A stretch of DNA of 64,000 nucleotides, from NCBI GenBank assembly GCA_951406725.2, contig OX597820.1:52700001-52764000 (forward strand), in the 5' to 3' direction. A program made the translations under genes and the position numbers. Positions 39,749 through 53,109 of the stretch are shown one piece after another. Each line of letters begins with the position of its first letter. The stretch's first letter is position 1. The DNA comes from Octopus vulgaris. Taxonomy: Eukaryota. A model generated the notes under the pieces. The model did no database searches. It had not been told where the DNA came from and was given only the letters and a program-made list of their open reading frames with translations.

Positions 39749-41866
39749 TAATGTCACCAAACACAATTGAATATAACTGTATATATCTTTTAAATGGCTA
39801 TCAGGATTCTTTCACAATGTAATTGCTTCAGTTTCAACGCATAATCTCAGATCAAATCAATTGTCAAACAAGTACAACTCCTAAGATTTTTATTTCTTCC
39901 GGAATGACGAGACATTGTAAGTGAGAAGCGTTACGCGTTTCAATTTACCATTATTAAAGTATGAAAGAATTAATATTTGCATCGCAACTTAAGAGGCCAA
40001 TAACAACACCATCAAATTAGTCATCCCGCCTTCTTTTATAGCCACTTCATCTGACACATCTTACACAGAAGGCAGGATTCTTTGAAAGCTCACAAACCCC
40101 CTGCCGGGAGCAAATATTTCTCCACTTCCAGAATATGTAACTAAAACAGCGATTTACCGTCTTTTCCAATTGACTATATTGCTGAAACTTCATAAACTTG
40201 GCTTTCGTTCTCGCTGAAGAGTCAATGGTTATTACCAACGTCACTTGGTATATTATATTTAAGGAGTGGAGGATTATTTTACAAATTTCTCCCGCTGGCA
40301 GTGTAATATTGGCGCCATTGATACAGAGCTTGACTAAATGCTTTTATTCGTTTATTTGTTCAGTGGCGAATTAAGTGCCTAGGGGTTCTAGCAACTACTA
40401 TTATTCCTCCTTGATCGATATACTGATACAAACAATTTGTCGCACTAGTACAAAGAAAAGCTATAATCAGCAGAATCAATAACAAAACATAACTTCTAAT
40501 TATTTTACCACACAGGATGATTAATAGTTAAAATAGTCCTAGATGAAACTTGAATATAGAGAAATTATGGTAAATATTGTAAACTGTTGTTGTGGATATG
40601 GTTTTCTTTCATTAAAACTGATGCTGAGAGTTCGTCTCACCACTCGAATTTCACGAGACTGCGGTCATCAGGCGAGACAATACATACATACATACATACA
40701 TACATACATACATACATACATACATACATACATACATACATACATACATACATACATACATACATACATGCTTGCATGCACGCATGCATTGTCATTTTCA
40801 GGTTTTCTCTCGAATAATATTTGCACAGCTATGCATTTATTCATCTTTGTAACTATTGCGACCGTTATATTTCACGATATCTTTATCTGTTTCCCTTTAG
40901 TTAATGCGCCCATTAACTATGTGATTTCCTATTTTTTTATTCTTGTACTCTACAAATACTTTTTCAAGTTTATTTTATACGTTGATTTCTTTGCGGGATA
41001 CATCAATTACTATAAGCTTTAATTTCCATCCTCTCTCTCCATCGCTACCTACTTCCTTTATCTTTACTCTTATCCTACTGCCAACTCTATCTTCTTTACC
41101 CTTCAACTCCTTAACTTAAATTTCTATAATTATAAACTCTCTATTCATTTTATATATTATAAAATCGATCTAGAACGTTGATCTTTTGTCAATCTCTCTC
41201 TCCCTCTCTCCCTCTCTATCTCTCTATTTCTCTTTTCCACCACCACCACCCCATAAACTCATGCACATACACACAAAATATACCTTTTATATTATTACCA
41301 CATCATTCCTTTCTACTTCCGCATTCTCTTCGCTTCGACATTTGATATTTCACCATTTATATTTAAAATATTCCGTTTATATGAGAAAGTCTTAATTCTT
41401 GAAACAGTTATTTAAAAATGACTTCGACCACTATTCTCTCCGGAGTATATTATTCACGCTATTAATAATTTGTCAATCATTCCATAAGCTGATTTAAACG
41501 AAACAATCAACCTTTCACCTCACACTACTTTTGTACATGCTGAAAGTTTCAAAGCGGTTAATTAAATGTAAATAAATCTCTTTAAATACTCCAAGTGCAT
41601 TTTCAAATTCTCTTACTTTCATTTACTTTTATACTTCATCTCGTGTGAATAAAAACTATTTTCTTCTCTCTGTATGTGTGTGTGTGTGTTTAGGTACATA
41701 GATATATAGATAGATAGACATAAACACAGACATATGGAGGAACACAAGCAATGCATGTGTGCGCGTATAAGTGTTTCAGAAATATGTACGACGACAAAAA
41801 GCCAATGACCGGTGATTTACCAATGTAATATGATTAGATAATCTGTTCAGAATCGAGTTTATATAT

Positions 41867-42920
41867 ATTGTTACGAGGGGACCTCCGTCGAACGAAAGCT
41901 GTTACGGAATCCCTCACACAGGCCCGTTCGATCAGCGAATATTTCCGCCACGGAAACTCGGAGAGGAGAGAGACAACGACAACAACAGCAGCAGCAGCAC
42001 AGAGATACAGCGGAGGCAATCGAGAGAGACACAAAGAAGGCAATTGGCTCACATTTACAACTAGTTTATATGACTATTACAACATCAAATACATTTCAGA
42101 TACATTTAAAAGAGGACATGCAAGTAACAACTCAATATATCATACAGGTATACCACAGATCAAAGCATTTAAACATGCAGATACAATATAACAGTCCGGT
42201 AACAACACATCAAGTTCAATAACAACAGCAATTCAAGAGTACACGTCCGGAGATAACAGTTCTATTTCAAATCACATTAAAGGCATATACAATGTTCATT
42301 ACACAGTTCTCTCTTCAACAACTCTGTACACAATGTCTTTACACAGTTCACATTGTTCTTTTCACTGTCTCATTTCTTTTCAACATTTCGATACATCGAT
42401 TCTTTTTCCTTCTTTTTCTTCACATATCAATACACAATTCACGTACCTTAGTTCCTACTAGAATAGCCAGTGTCCCATATTGCACCTCATCTCTCTCAGT
42501 ACCGCTAACTCCAACTTGCCAAACTCTTGCCCCGAAATTCCAAATCCTCGCCCCTAAATCCAACCGCTCGCTTTGACGACCAAATACCGACTGCCAAAAC
42601 CTCTTGCTCTCTCACCACCCCCTATCTCCCTTAGCACTGCTAATATTCTCTCTATCGCCGCTTGGTCCTATCTGCCTGTCTTCCTCTGCCCCTCTCCTCT
42701 CTTAATCTACTGTCATCTCTCATGACAGCTCCCAGATTCCTTACTCTGTCTTCCTCGGCCCTCGCATCTCTCTGACCCTTTCTTGACCGGCACAACGCCA
42801 AAGGTCCCTCCAAAAGCCATTACTCTTCCCAAAACAAAGGACTATAACTTTTTATTCCAGACTTCCAGACTCCTCCCTAAGAAAAGTAGGTCATAGAGGT
42901 GTCCCTGACCATTCACAACT
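41867..42920 (-). mobile_element. Probable solo LTR (~1.05 kb) inserted in (TA)n
   Basis: Compositionally distinct block with TGT (41869) ... ACA (42917) termini; the minus strand reads AGTTGTG...GTAACAAT. TA repeats on both flanks, no coding capacity. The TSD cannot be resolved within the TA run. Confidence 0.55.
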
Positions 42921-42931
42921 ATATATATATA

Positions 42932-42976
<45 letters not shown>

Positions 42977-43084
42977 GTATATATATATGACGGCTTCTTT
43001 AAGAACGACCTGCTCAAATGATTTGCTTATAGTGATCAAATATTCATGTCGCATATTAGCTCAATCTCTCTCACAAAATCGATG

Positions 43085-43210
43085 TTGCCTGAAAAGGTGC
43101 ACGATGTACCACGTGTCAGGTGTCGGAGTGCTTGCAGTGCAACGTGAAATGAAGTGTTTTGCTCATGAACACAACGCACCACCCGGCCTAGGAATTGAAA
43201 TCACGATCGC
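43085..43210 (-). mobile_element. SINE family C fragment
   Basis: gtgaaatgaagtgttttgctcatgaacacaacgcaccacccggcctaggaattgaaatcacgatc is the reverse complement of the 835-890 / 7660-7710 type sequence. Confidence 0.65.
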
Positions 43211-43479
43211 TAGATGTGTATGTGTGTATGTGTTTATGCGTGTGTGTAGACATACATACATTGGTACTCTGTGGACTGAAAACCCAGTTGATAATCCTCG
43301 GTTATTAGATAAAGAGCTAACACTAGTTTCCTATAGCTACTGACATTTTCTAGTATATAAGCGGCTTGGTACTTTGTTTCTCTGTATCCTTTTATGCGTT
43401 TCAGTCCAAAGACTGTGGACATGTTAAGGCAACGTCACTGTTATCACTTTTTTAATGGCCATTCATATGTAACTGGCTT

Positions 43480-43950
43480 TTGGTGAAGGAGGGACTTCGA
43501 TACTTTTGACCTCTTTTGAGTTTCTTGCCGGGATGTAAATTCATCTGGCATCTTGGGCAGCAGGAGTTGGAGTTTTTTCTTGAAAACGTCTATTGCTACT
43601 CCATGTAGATCTCTGATGTTTTGGAAAGGTATTAAATATGCTTAGACCTTTGTAACCTAAGCCATTGCAGAACATGGTTCTCAACTTGAGGCGGGATGTC
43701 TGGGGTGTTTGCAACAGTGCAGTGACATCCATTTCGGAGCTAGCATAGCTCTCGATGCAAAAGTTTATGCCAACCCCTTCAGGATTTTCCATTCATTTAT
43801 CACTGCATATGTTTCCCGTATTCACTCCAGGGAGCACAGCGGTAACTCTTTCAGATTTTCCCAGTAGGTCAGCTGTTCCATTGATGCAATATTCCTGATG
43901 TAGCATCGCTAAAATGCCTCAAGTTCTGCTATTAATTTCACACTATGCTT
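43480..43950 (-). mobile_element. CR1-group LINE ORF2 C-terminal remnant
   Basis: Minus-strand translation with stops and frameshifts: LIAELEAF*RCYIRNIASMEQLTYWENLKELPLCSLE*IRETYAVINEWKILKGL ... FCNGLGYKGLSIFNTFP ... IRDLHGVAIDVFKKKLQLLLPKMPDE. This matches the LExVQR / YWERLKxLxLYSLERRRERY / WKILEGL / GPxLFNxLP / FKxxLD / PDEP series. Confidence 0.75.
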
Positions 43951-44157
43951 TGGAAGAGTATCTGTAGTGGACTTGCTAGATACCTTTTGCATTTCATTAG
44001 AAGGACTATTTGGAATGTATTTCAGGACATGTTGGGGGACTACCGATACATATGTATGAGTGATTGTATATATGCATGTATGCGTGTGTACATGTTTCTT
44101 CGTCTGAGTATATATGTTTGTGTGTGTGTGTGTGTCTACTCAAACAATCGCATAGAA

Positions 44158-44193
<36 letters not shown>

Positions 44194-46343
44194 AGATCAT
44201 CCATTTCCACTTTGCAGCTTAGTTACACGAAAGATAAATAGGCATTTATTTCTGTATCAGTTTATCTGTTTATTTGAATTGTTCGTCTATCATTCTCTCT
44301 GTCTGTCTGTCTCTGTCTCTCTCTCTCTCTAACTTATTCTCCAAAACACGCACAATGACACATACATACTCTCTCTTTCTCTCTTTTTTCTCTATCTCTC
44401 TCTCCTTCAGTTTACTCTTTCAGTTATTTTTCCTTATGTCCCACGCTATTTTTATTTGCAATAAATAGAAACAATTATAGGATGTGAAGGGGTAAGATAA
44501 GAAAAGAGCTGGATTTAAATTAAACTAGAATTGAATGGATAGCTAGATGTTAAATGGGTTATGGTAACAAATAAACTGCCCTAATCTGAGGCTTCAGGTA
44601 TCTCTTCACATATGGAACACATTAACCCAGCAATGCAAACTGTCTCATTTCATATTACTAGCGTACCGACCAACACATCCCGTTCGTTGAATATCTTGTA
44701 TGGCCGTTTTATCTATTCATTTTTTTGTTTTATTTTAATATACTTATGTATTTGTTCATTTTTCTCTTGCTTTCGATCTATGTCTACTCATTGGCCGTGT
44801 ATGTATGTATCTCTATGCGTGTGCCTAATTCTCGACACATACATACATAAATACATACACACACATACACACACACACACACATATATATGTGTGTGTAT
44901 GTATGTATATATATATATATATGTGTGTATGTATGTATGTATATATGAAAAGTTTTGAGCCTTCAAGGCCTTTGAGAATTTAAGTCTTGTACTATGTTTT
45001 GTTTTTGTATTTTTTTGAGACTCAAGACTTTACATACATCCATGTTATGTATACGTATATGTATATATATATATACACACACACATACATACACACACAC
45101 ACACAGACACACACACAAATATACCGATATGTGTGTGTGTGTGTATTCGTGCATGTATAAATGGGTGTTTCTTACATGACACGTTCATTGAATTTATATA
45201 TGTATGTATATGTGAACGTATGTGTTCAAAAGGTACACACCCTCTTAACAGAAAATCTTAGACTAGATATATTTCGCAATTATGCAAATCACATTTCACC
45301 TACAAGTTTGGCTTGTGTGTGTCTGTGGCTGTGTGTGTCTGTACGTATGTATGTATGTATGTATGTATGTATGTATGTATGTATGTATGTATGTATGTAT
45401 GTATGTATGTATGTATGTATGTATGTATGTATGTATGTATGTATACACACACACATACCTAAACATATATCTGTGTATATGAATAAGTCTTCTCACTCTT
45501 ATCTACTCATTTACTAACAATTAATCTCAACAATTTTCCATGACTTCCACAAATTCTACGGCTTGAAATGTTTTATTGTTCTTGAAACACTAATTTTCTT
45601 CTCTCTCTCTCCATACACATGTATGTACGTATTCCTAGGCTCATATTCATTCCCTGCACAGACTACAAGAATGCTGTTATGTGTCGTTCATCGTGATAAA
45701 ATGTCTTCTTGACGATCTAGCCATTGTTATATTTGTGTGAAACCTCACTTTTCAGTAATTCCATAGTGTACATCATTGTTTACATGATACCAAAATATTT
45801 TTGACACAAATATGTCACTTAAACCTTTATCGTTTTTCTCCCTAAACACACAAATCTTATTCCTGCAATTTCGCAGCTACGAACATAAGTGTCCTAAATG
45901 TGTTCTAGAATCAGTACAAGAATGGATTTATAATCTGATTCCTGCTCACCTTTATCTATGTTTTATGTTATCTTACCCTTCATACAACGCTACTTAAGTT
46001 TGCATAGGCATCATATCTATCCAGCACACGATTTACCTCCCCTTTTTTTCTTTTATATTTAAGGCCATGTATCGAGGATTACTTATTAACCATTAAAAAT
46101 CCGTAGGATAAGAGTCGATAGGATTTATGTTTAAAAATCAGTAACATTAGTGTACAATATGAATTCTTGTGAACTACAAGACAAAACTTGGACGATGTTG
46201 CTTAAAACAGTCAAAATCTTTTGTTCTTCGGCAAATTTGATCTTGACTGAATTGGCATTCTAAAGTTTATGAACATTATGGATAAACTGTCAAAATTGGC
46301 AATTATTGGAAAGATCACGTGTTTCTTTAGTTCCGCCTTTCTC

Positions 46344-46401
46344 AGCATATGCATATATCAGGACTTATGCATATATCAGGACTTATGCATTTATCGGGAC
46401 T
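46344..46401. repeat. 18-bp tandem repeat, about 3 copies
   Basis: (tatgcatatatcaggact) x2 plus a diverged third copy. Confidence 0.85.
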
Positions 46402-47159
46402 ATGAATACTCCGGTATGGTAAAGTTGACACATATACTTCGTGAGCCAATGCGATTTTTTTTCTTTTTTTGCCGCAACTGTTTAATAATCTGATGATTAT
46501 TTCCTCTCACTAATTTGAATTAATTCTCAATAATTTTAATTAATTTATTGTAATTCACTAAATTTAATGTAACTTTAATCACTCAACATTTTTAGTCTCA
46601 ATAACGTATTTGAATATATGCTAATATTTCTTAATCTTTCATCGGTTCTGTTAACTAAAATATAAGCATTTAGACTAACCTCAACGTCACCTTTGCTTTT
46701 TGAAAAAATAGTAAACATATATTGTTACATATTTATTCTAACCGCACACTGAAAAGTAGGCCGAGTACTCACACATGTCGCATTATACATCCACTTATCC
46801 TTAGCATTCGAGGATTAACTTTCATTGAGAAAAACTCGAAAATTAATGATCCTTCGACGACGTTTTCCAAATTCTGCTAGAGACTGCTACAACTTGCAGT
46901 CATTCGACCTACAACCACTCAATATTATTTATTATTATTTATATTATTTGTTATTTATTACAATAGTAATAAATAGTTGTTGATGCTACATGGCTGTGCT
47001 AATATATAAGAAATCAATAGTGTTATCAAAATAAGATAATGATACAAGATGAGAGATAAACGCAAGTAAATTAGTGGAGCCAATAGAGCATCGACGTGTG
47101 TGGAAAGATTCCACAGAGTTATGCAAATCACATTTCACCTACAAGTTTGGCTTACTCTA

Positions 47160-47850
47160 TTCAAATTTGCTGGCTTTGTGCCTAAATTAGAAACCATTAT
47201 TATTGTTGTAGCAAGGGAGGCGAGCTGGCAGAATCGTTACCACGCTGGACGAAATGTTTAGCGGTATTTCGTCTGCCGCTACGTTCTGAGTTCAAATTTC
47301 GCCGAGGTCAACTTTGCCTTTCATCCTTTCGGGGTCGATTAAATAAAGTACCAGTTACGCACAGCGGTCGATATAATTGACATAATTCCCTTGTCTGCCT
47401 TTGTTTGCCCCCTCTGTGTGTAGCCCCTTGTGAGCAATAAAGAAATAAGAATTGTTACCACGTTGGACGAAATGCTTAGCAGTATTTCGCCTGTCGCAAC
47501 GGTGTGAGTTCCAATTCCGCCGAGGTCGACTTTGCCTTTCATCCTTTCGGGGTCGATGAATTAAGTACCAATAAAACACTGGGGACGATGTAATCGATTA
47601 TTCCCACCACCAACTTTCAGGCTTTGTGCCTGTAATAGAAAGGATTATTATTTTTGTTGTACTTGTTGGCCATTTCGTCTGTCTTTACGTGCTGAGTTCA
47701 AATTCTACCGAGGTTGACTTTGATTTCCATCACTTTGGGGTTGATAAAAAAAGCACCTGTTGAACACTGGTGTCGATGTAATTGATTAGCCCCTTTGCCG
47801 AAAATATCAAGCTTGCACCTGTAGTACAAAGGCTTATTATTAAAATTAAT
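47160..47850 (+). mobile_element. Cluster of SINE family B: tail fragment, dimer (47214-47650) and a further truncated copy
   Basis: Head at 47214; junction aaagaaataagaattgttaccacg near 47445; second unit has the short tail; third core at 47672-47840. Confidence 0.85.
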
Positions 47851-47925
47851 TATTGCTAGTGCAGCAACAATAATGAATAACCAAACTCATTCTCCTCAAA
47901 GCTGGCGGTCCTGTGCCTAATCTAG

Positions 47926-47995
<70 letters not shown>

Positions 47996-48128
47996 GTAAG
48001 TGGTAATGGTGTCATTGAGACTCAAAGGTGTCAGATAATGCTAAGTGCTATAGACAGACCATAGTTAAGTTCCAGGTTCGGTAAATTTGCAAATAAGAGG
48101 TTCAACGTTGGATATATGTCAGCATGTG

Positions 48129-48429
48129 TATATAAGATTTTTTTGCGTAATGAGATAAAAAAACCAAAGCTGTGTAGATATTAGAACATTTATAGATGGA
48201 AGGTCTCATAGCTGTTTCTAGGATTTTACATATATTTTCTATCCTCCATCTCACTCTCTATTTTGTATCCTATCTAAACTAACTATTACTTAGCCATCCT
48301 CTCATACTCTTTCCAATGAAGGGATATAAGTAATAAATATCCTGGAAACAGCTGTGAGACCTTCTATCTATAAATGTTCTAATATCTACACAGCCTTAGT
48401 TTTTTTTTTATCTCATTACGCAAAAAATT

Positions 48430-48437
<8 letters not shown>
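48129..48437 (+). mobile_element. Fold-back Penelope-like terminus with a degenerate hammerhead
   Basis: 48129-48225 is the reverse complement of about 48338-48437 (~95-bp arms). 48313-48360 reads CCAATGA-A-GGGATA..TATCCT-G-GAAAC-AGCT-GT with palindromic ACAGCTGT. Ends in (TA)n. Confidence 0.65.
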
Positions 48438-48474
<37 letters not shown>

Positions 48475-48754
48475 GGTGCATATAGTTAATGGAAGAGTAG
48501 TTACCTGTAGTTGAAGTAGAATTAGGGGAGGTAATTATGCAAGGAAATACTGCAGAACAAGAAGAATGGAAAGAGAGTAATGAAACTGAGTTTAAAACGT
48601 TGATAATTCAGAGACGAAGAAGAGTTTGAGTGAGAAAACAGGAAGAGCGTCGTGGGGGTAGAAATTACGCTATAATACCATCACTGTAAAATCAATTTTA
48701 TTTTTAAATGGAATCTTCCAAATTGTAGTATTTCTCTCTCTCTCTCTTTCTTTC

Positions 48755-48797
<43 letters not shown>

Positions 48798-49054
48798 ACA
48801 ACAACAACAACGCGAGGACGTGGAACAAGTATAGTGTTATTGGACGCTCAGGAAAGAAAAGAAAGAAGGAGGATTTGACGTTTTGAGCGGAGCTCTTCGC
48901 CAGAAACATAGAAAAAGGAAAGATCCAAGGAAAGGTAGACGGAGGAAAAAAATCGCCAACGAAACACACACGGCCACATATATATATATGTGTGTGTGTG
49001 TATGTGTGTGTGTGTATGTGTGTGTATATGCACATATATATGTATGTATATGTA

Positions 49055-49209
49055 TGACTGTGTGGTAAGTAGCTTATTTACCAACCACATGGTTCCAGGT
49101 TCAGTCCCACTGCGTGGCACCTTGGGCAAGTGTCTTCTACTATAGCCTTGGGCCGACCAAGGCCTTGTGAGTGGATTTGGTAGACGGAAACTGAAAGAAG
49201 CCTGTCGTA

Positions 49210-49247
<38 letters not shown>

Positions 49248-49464
49248 CGTGTGTGTGTGTTTGTGTGTCTGTGTTTGTCCCCCCGCAACATCGCTTGACA
49301 ACCGATGCTGGTGTGTTTATGTCCCCGTTACTTAGCGGTTCGGCAAAAGAGACCGATAGAATAAGTACTGGGCTTACAAAAGAATAAGTCCCGGGGTCGA
49401 GTTGCTCGATTAAAGGCGGTGCTCCAGCATGGCCGCAATCAAATGACTGAAACAAGTAAAAGAG
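49055..49464 (+). mobile_element. SINE family A, young copy
   Basis: Close match to the copies at 12199 and 57981. Confidence 0.92.
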
Positions 49465-49468
49465 TATA

Positions 49469-49532
<64 letters not shown>

Positions 49533-50137
49533 CATATATACATACATACGTATGCAATTATGCACCGATGATCTCACGAACGCACATACACACTCTCTCT
49601 CTCTCTTTCTCTACCCCCCCCCCCCTACACACGTTGACTCATATTTGCTTGGGCGTAAACATGCACCCAGAAAGAAATACATTTATATTTTTTTTATGCA
49701 CATGTTTACCCATGTTCAGTGACATTTACAAACACATGTCTGTGTACACATAAACATAAATACCAATATCATTCTATTTTAAAACTTGCATTAAAATACA
49801 AATATAGTGAGTTAACAGGTTTATTAGAAAATGCTTTGCTTTTTATTCTTGCTTTCTGTACCCTATGTTGAAATCCTACTGGGTTCGCCTTTAAACTACC
49901 AGTTATATACGGCAGTCTATTTCTATTGCCCAATGTCTCAGAAACCACAACACTGCCCCATGTCTGTGTCTGGCAATGTCATAGAAATTGAAACCCGGCT
50001 TTCATTTTCTTTTTAATCTACAGAGGGACAGGCAGAGCCTACCATACACCAAGGCGGCTACTGCAAATGATGATGATGAGGAAGAGGAGGAGGATATGAT
50101 GATAATGAGGATGATCACGACGATGAAGACGTTAACA

Positions 50138-50302
50138 TATTGGTTTCAAATTTTGGCACAAGGCCAGCAATTTTAGGGGTGGCTGTAAGTCGATTACATC
50201 GTCCCCAGTACTCAATGGGTCCTATTTTATCAATCCTGACAAAATATGAAATGTAAAGCTGACTCGGCGGAATTTGGTCTCAATGCCAGCTCACCGCCGT
50301 AA
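50138..50302 (-). mobile_element. SINE family B short-tail variant, deleted
   Basis: tattggtttcaaattttggcacaaggccagcaat...gtcgattacatcg...gccagctcaccgcc. Confidence 0.7.
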
Positions 50303-50847
50303 GATACTAAAATATTGGTTCCTTTAAGATACCATTTATAATTGTTGGAATTCATAGGTTACTAGTATAATAGAATTGGTATAATGTCTCAGTAAATGAA
50401 TTACAGTTTTTGTTAGAAAAGTTGGAATCTCGCTACTGGCATATTTTCTCCTTCATCTATCCAGAAAACTGTGACTTAAGTACAACAGGATTCGGTATTC
50501 CCATTAGCATTTAAATAATATATAATGGTGTATATTTTTACCGATTAAAATTTCGTGTTTATGTACTTTTAAAAAATTATTTTGTTATTTTGTGATGAAT
50601 AAACTTGTATATACGCTTGCATGAATGCATTGTTTTATATATCCCGGGTAATTGTCATTTGTGAAAAGGGAGGTAATATCGACCATAAGTTGACACTACG
50701 TAATGAATCAATAGTACATTTCCAGAGGATCTGGAAACAAGAAATAAATCGGGACGCTCCTAGTCATATCACTATTCGTTAAACTTTCATCTCATTTAAA
50801 GTTCCTGACTCAGTTGATGACCCATTTCAGTCTGCTAGGCAAACAGT

Positions 50848-51076
50848 GTCTATTTCTTTACTACCCACAAGGGGCTAAACATAGATGGGACAAGCAAGGA
50901 CAGACAAACGGGTTACATCGACCCCAGTGCGAAACTGGTACTTTATTTATCGACCCCGAAAGGATGAAAGGCAAAGTCGACCTCGGCGGAATTTGAACTC
51001 AGAACGTAACGACAGACGAAATACCGCTCGGGATTTCGCCAGGCGTGCTAACGTTTCTGCCAGCTCGCCGCCTTTT
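50848..51076 (-). mobile_element. SINE family B monomer with perfect 15-bp TSD
   Basis: TSD tgctaggcaaacagt at 50833-50847 and 51077-51091. Confidence 0.92.
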
Positions 51077-52302
51077 TGCTAGGCAAACAGTATCAATGAG
51101 ATGCAGCCATCGGCATTTTATCTTTCTACTTGACGTACAACTGAAAACTCGGAAGTCGTTGCTTCAAAAGCAATTTTGACAAAGTTAATAGCGGAGATCT
51201 ATTCGATTCTATTGATCAGTCAAGTCTATCTTTTTTTACATAGACTGGCAAAATGAAAAGAAATCCATGTCTTTTGAGTCGTTTTGTATATTGCATCTAT
51301 TCATTCAGATATGCTTTCTATTAAAATGTTGTCTCGTGTCTAAAGAGACACCATTATTATATTTTATAAAGTGATTTAAGATGATGTGACTTTATCTTTC
51401 ATAAGAACATTTACTATGCCGAAATAATGAGCGAAATAACCTCCACACAGACCTTGGGATTAGTAGAAATCGCAGCCAAATCCCCTTCAAATCATACTTC
51501 ACACGCTTTCAAAAGTGAATGCCACATTGGCTGATAAAATGCTATAGAGAATACCATTGTAAAAATCAAAAGAAAAGCGAAGCAGTACCTGCCGGAATGA
51601 CTTTGCTCACTAGTCTGTTCGATTAGAGCCTATTTTATTGACCCTGCGTGTCTTGAACAGGCAGTCAATGGGCTTAATAAATAAGAGTCACGTTTTGTTT
51701 TAGCTAACTAAAAACTATTGGTTTCTATTATTCCACAGTATTTTAAGTCAGAAATATTTACTTATAGTAAGGAGTATTAATCTCCTGAATTAAAGTTGAT
51801 TAGGCTTTATATGTGAGGCAAACGTAATTAAATAGTGGTTTATAAATAATGTTAATATCGCTAAAGGAAAGGGGATTCTTAAAGTTCTAACAGAAAATTT
51901 CTTTGGAGGAAAAAAAAAAAGACATCAAGTAGCTCTCCTACGTCGTTTGATGAACTGGAAGTTTACATTTAATGCATAACTTTGAAATGAACTAGTAAGA
52001 ACTTCGAAGACTTTAAATGTGGTCGTAACTCATACAAGAAACAACAGATAGATTTCCCTCAAGTCTTACGCTACTGTCTGCGAAAGATACATAATGAATA
52101 TTCTAATTGAGAAAATAAAAGGACATGTGGGTCACGTCCAGAATACCTTTCTTTAAAGGACTGCTCATTTAGGCTGGAAATAAATTACAAGAACGATAAG
52201 TATTAAAACACCCTAAATATATTGGTGCTATTCTACTTCTACAGAGTCACTAATAACTTCACATACCACAGACATTGCCTCACTCATCACCAGCAGCAGC
52301 GT

Positions 52303-52685
52303 GGAGGCGCAATGGCCCAGTGGTTAGGGCAGCGGACTCGTGGTCAGAGGATCGTGGTTTCGATTCCCAGACCGGGCGTTGTGTGTGTTTAATGAGCGAA
52401 AACACCTAAAGCTCCGCGAAGCTCCGGCAGGGGGTGGTGGCGACCCCTGTTGTACTCTTTCGCTCCAACTTTCACTTTTTTTTTTCATGTTTCTTGTCCC
52501 CGACTTCCTACGCAACCGTTGAGCCTAGATGCGCATTCATCCATCCGTCGATGCTCTCGGTGTCGGGGGTTGACCTGCTTTCTCTTCTGTGGGTCTTACG
52601 AATAGCAAAGGACCACGTTTCGCACTTCTCCCATCTTGCGAGCTCTGGGATGAAGACCGTTCACTCAACAGCAACAGCAGCAGCA
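52303..52685 (+). mobile_element. SINE family C, tail type 2
   Basis: Same head as 8366; a different ~200-bp tail ending gaagaccgttcactcaacagcaacagcagc. Confidence 0.85.
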
Positions 52686-52808
52686 CCACCACCTCTACTA
52701 TACACTACCACAACTATACTTTCACCTCAATATTATTACTACCAATATGCCATTACCACCATAATCACAATAGATAGATGGATGGATTGACGGAGGTATG
52801 GATGGATG

Positions 52809-52896
<88 letters not shown>

Positions 52897-52898
<2 letters not shown>

Positions 52899-53015
52899 CT
52901 TTGACTTTCATCCTTTAGAAGTCGATAAAATAAGTAACAATAGAGAACTGGGGTCGAGGTAATAGACTATACTATTTACCCCGAAACTGCTGGGCATGAG
53001 CCAAAATTTGAAATT
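52897..53015 (+). mobile_element. SINE family B 3' half following (GATA)n
   Basis: gactttgactttcatcc...gtcgataaaataagta...ctggggtcga...ccaaaatttgaaa. Confidence 0.7.
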
Positions 53016-53070
53016 TATACATAGACATATATACATAAATATACATACATACACACACATATATATATAC

Positions 53071-53109
<39 letters not shown>

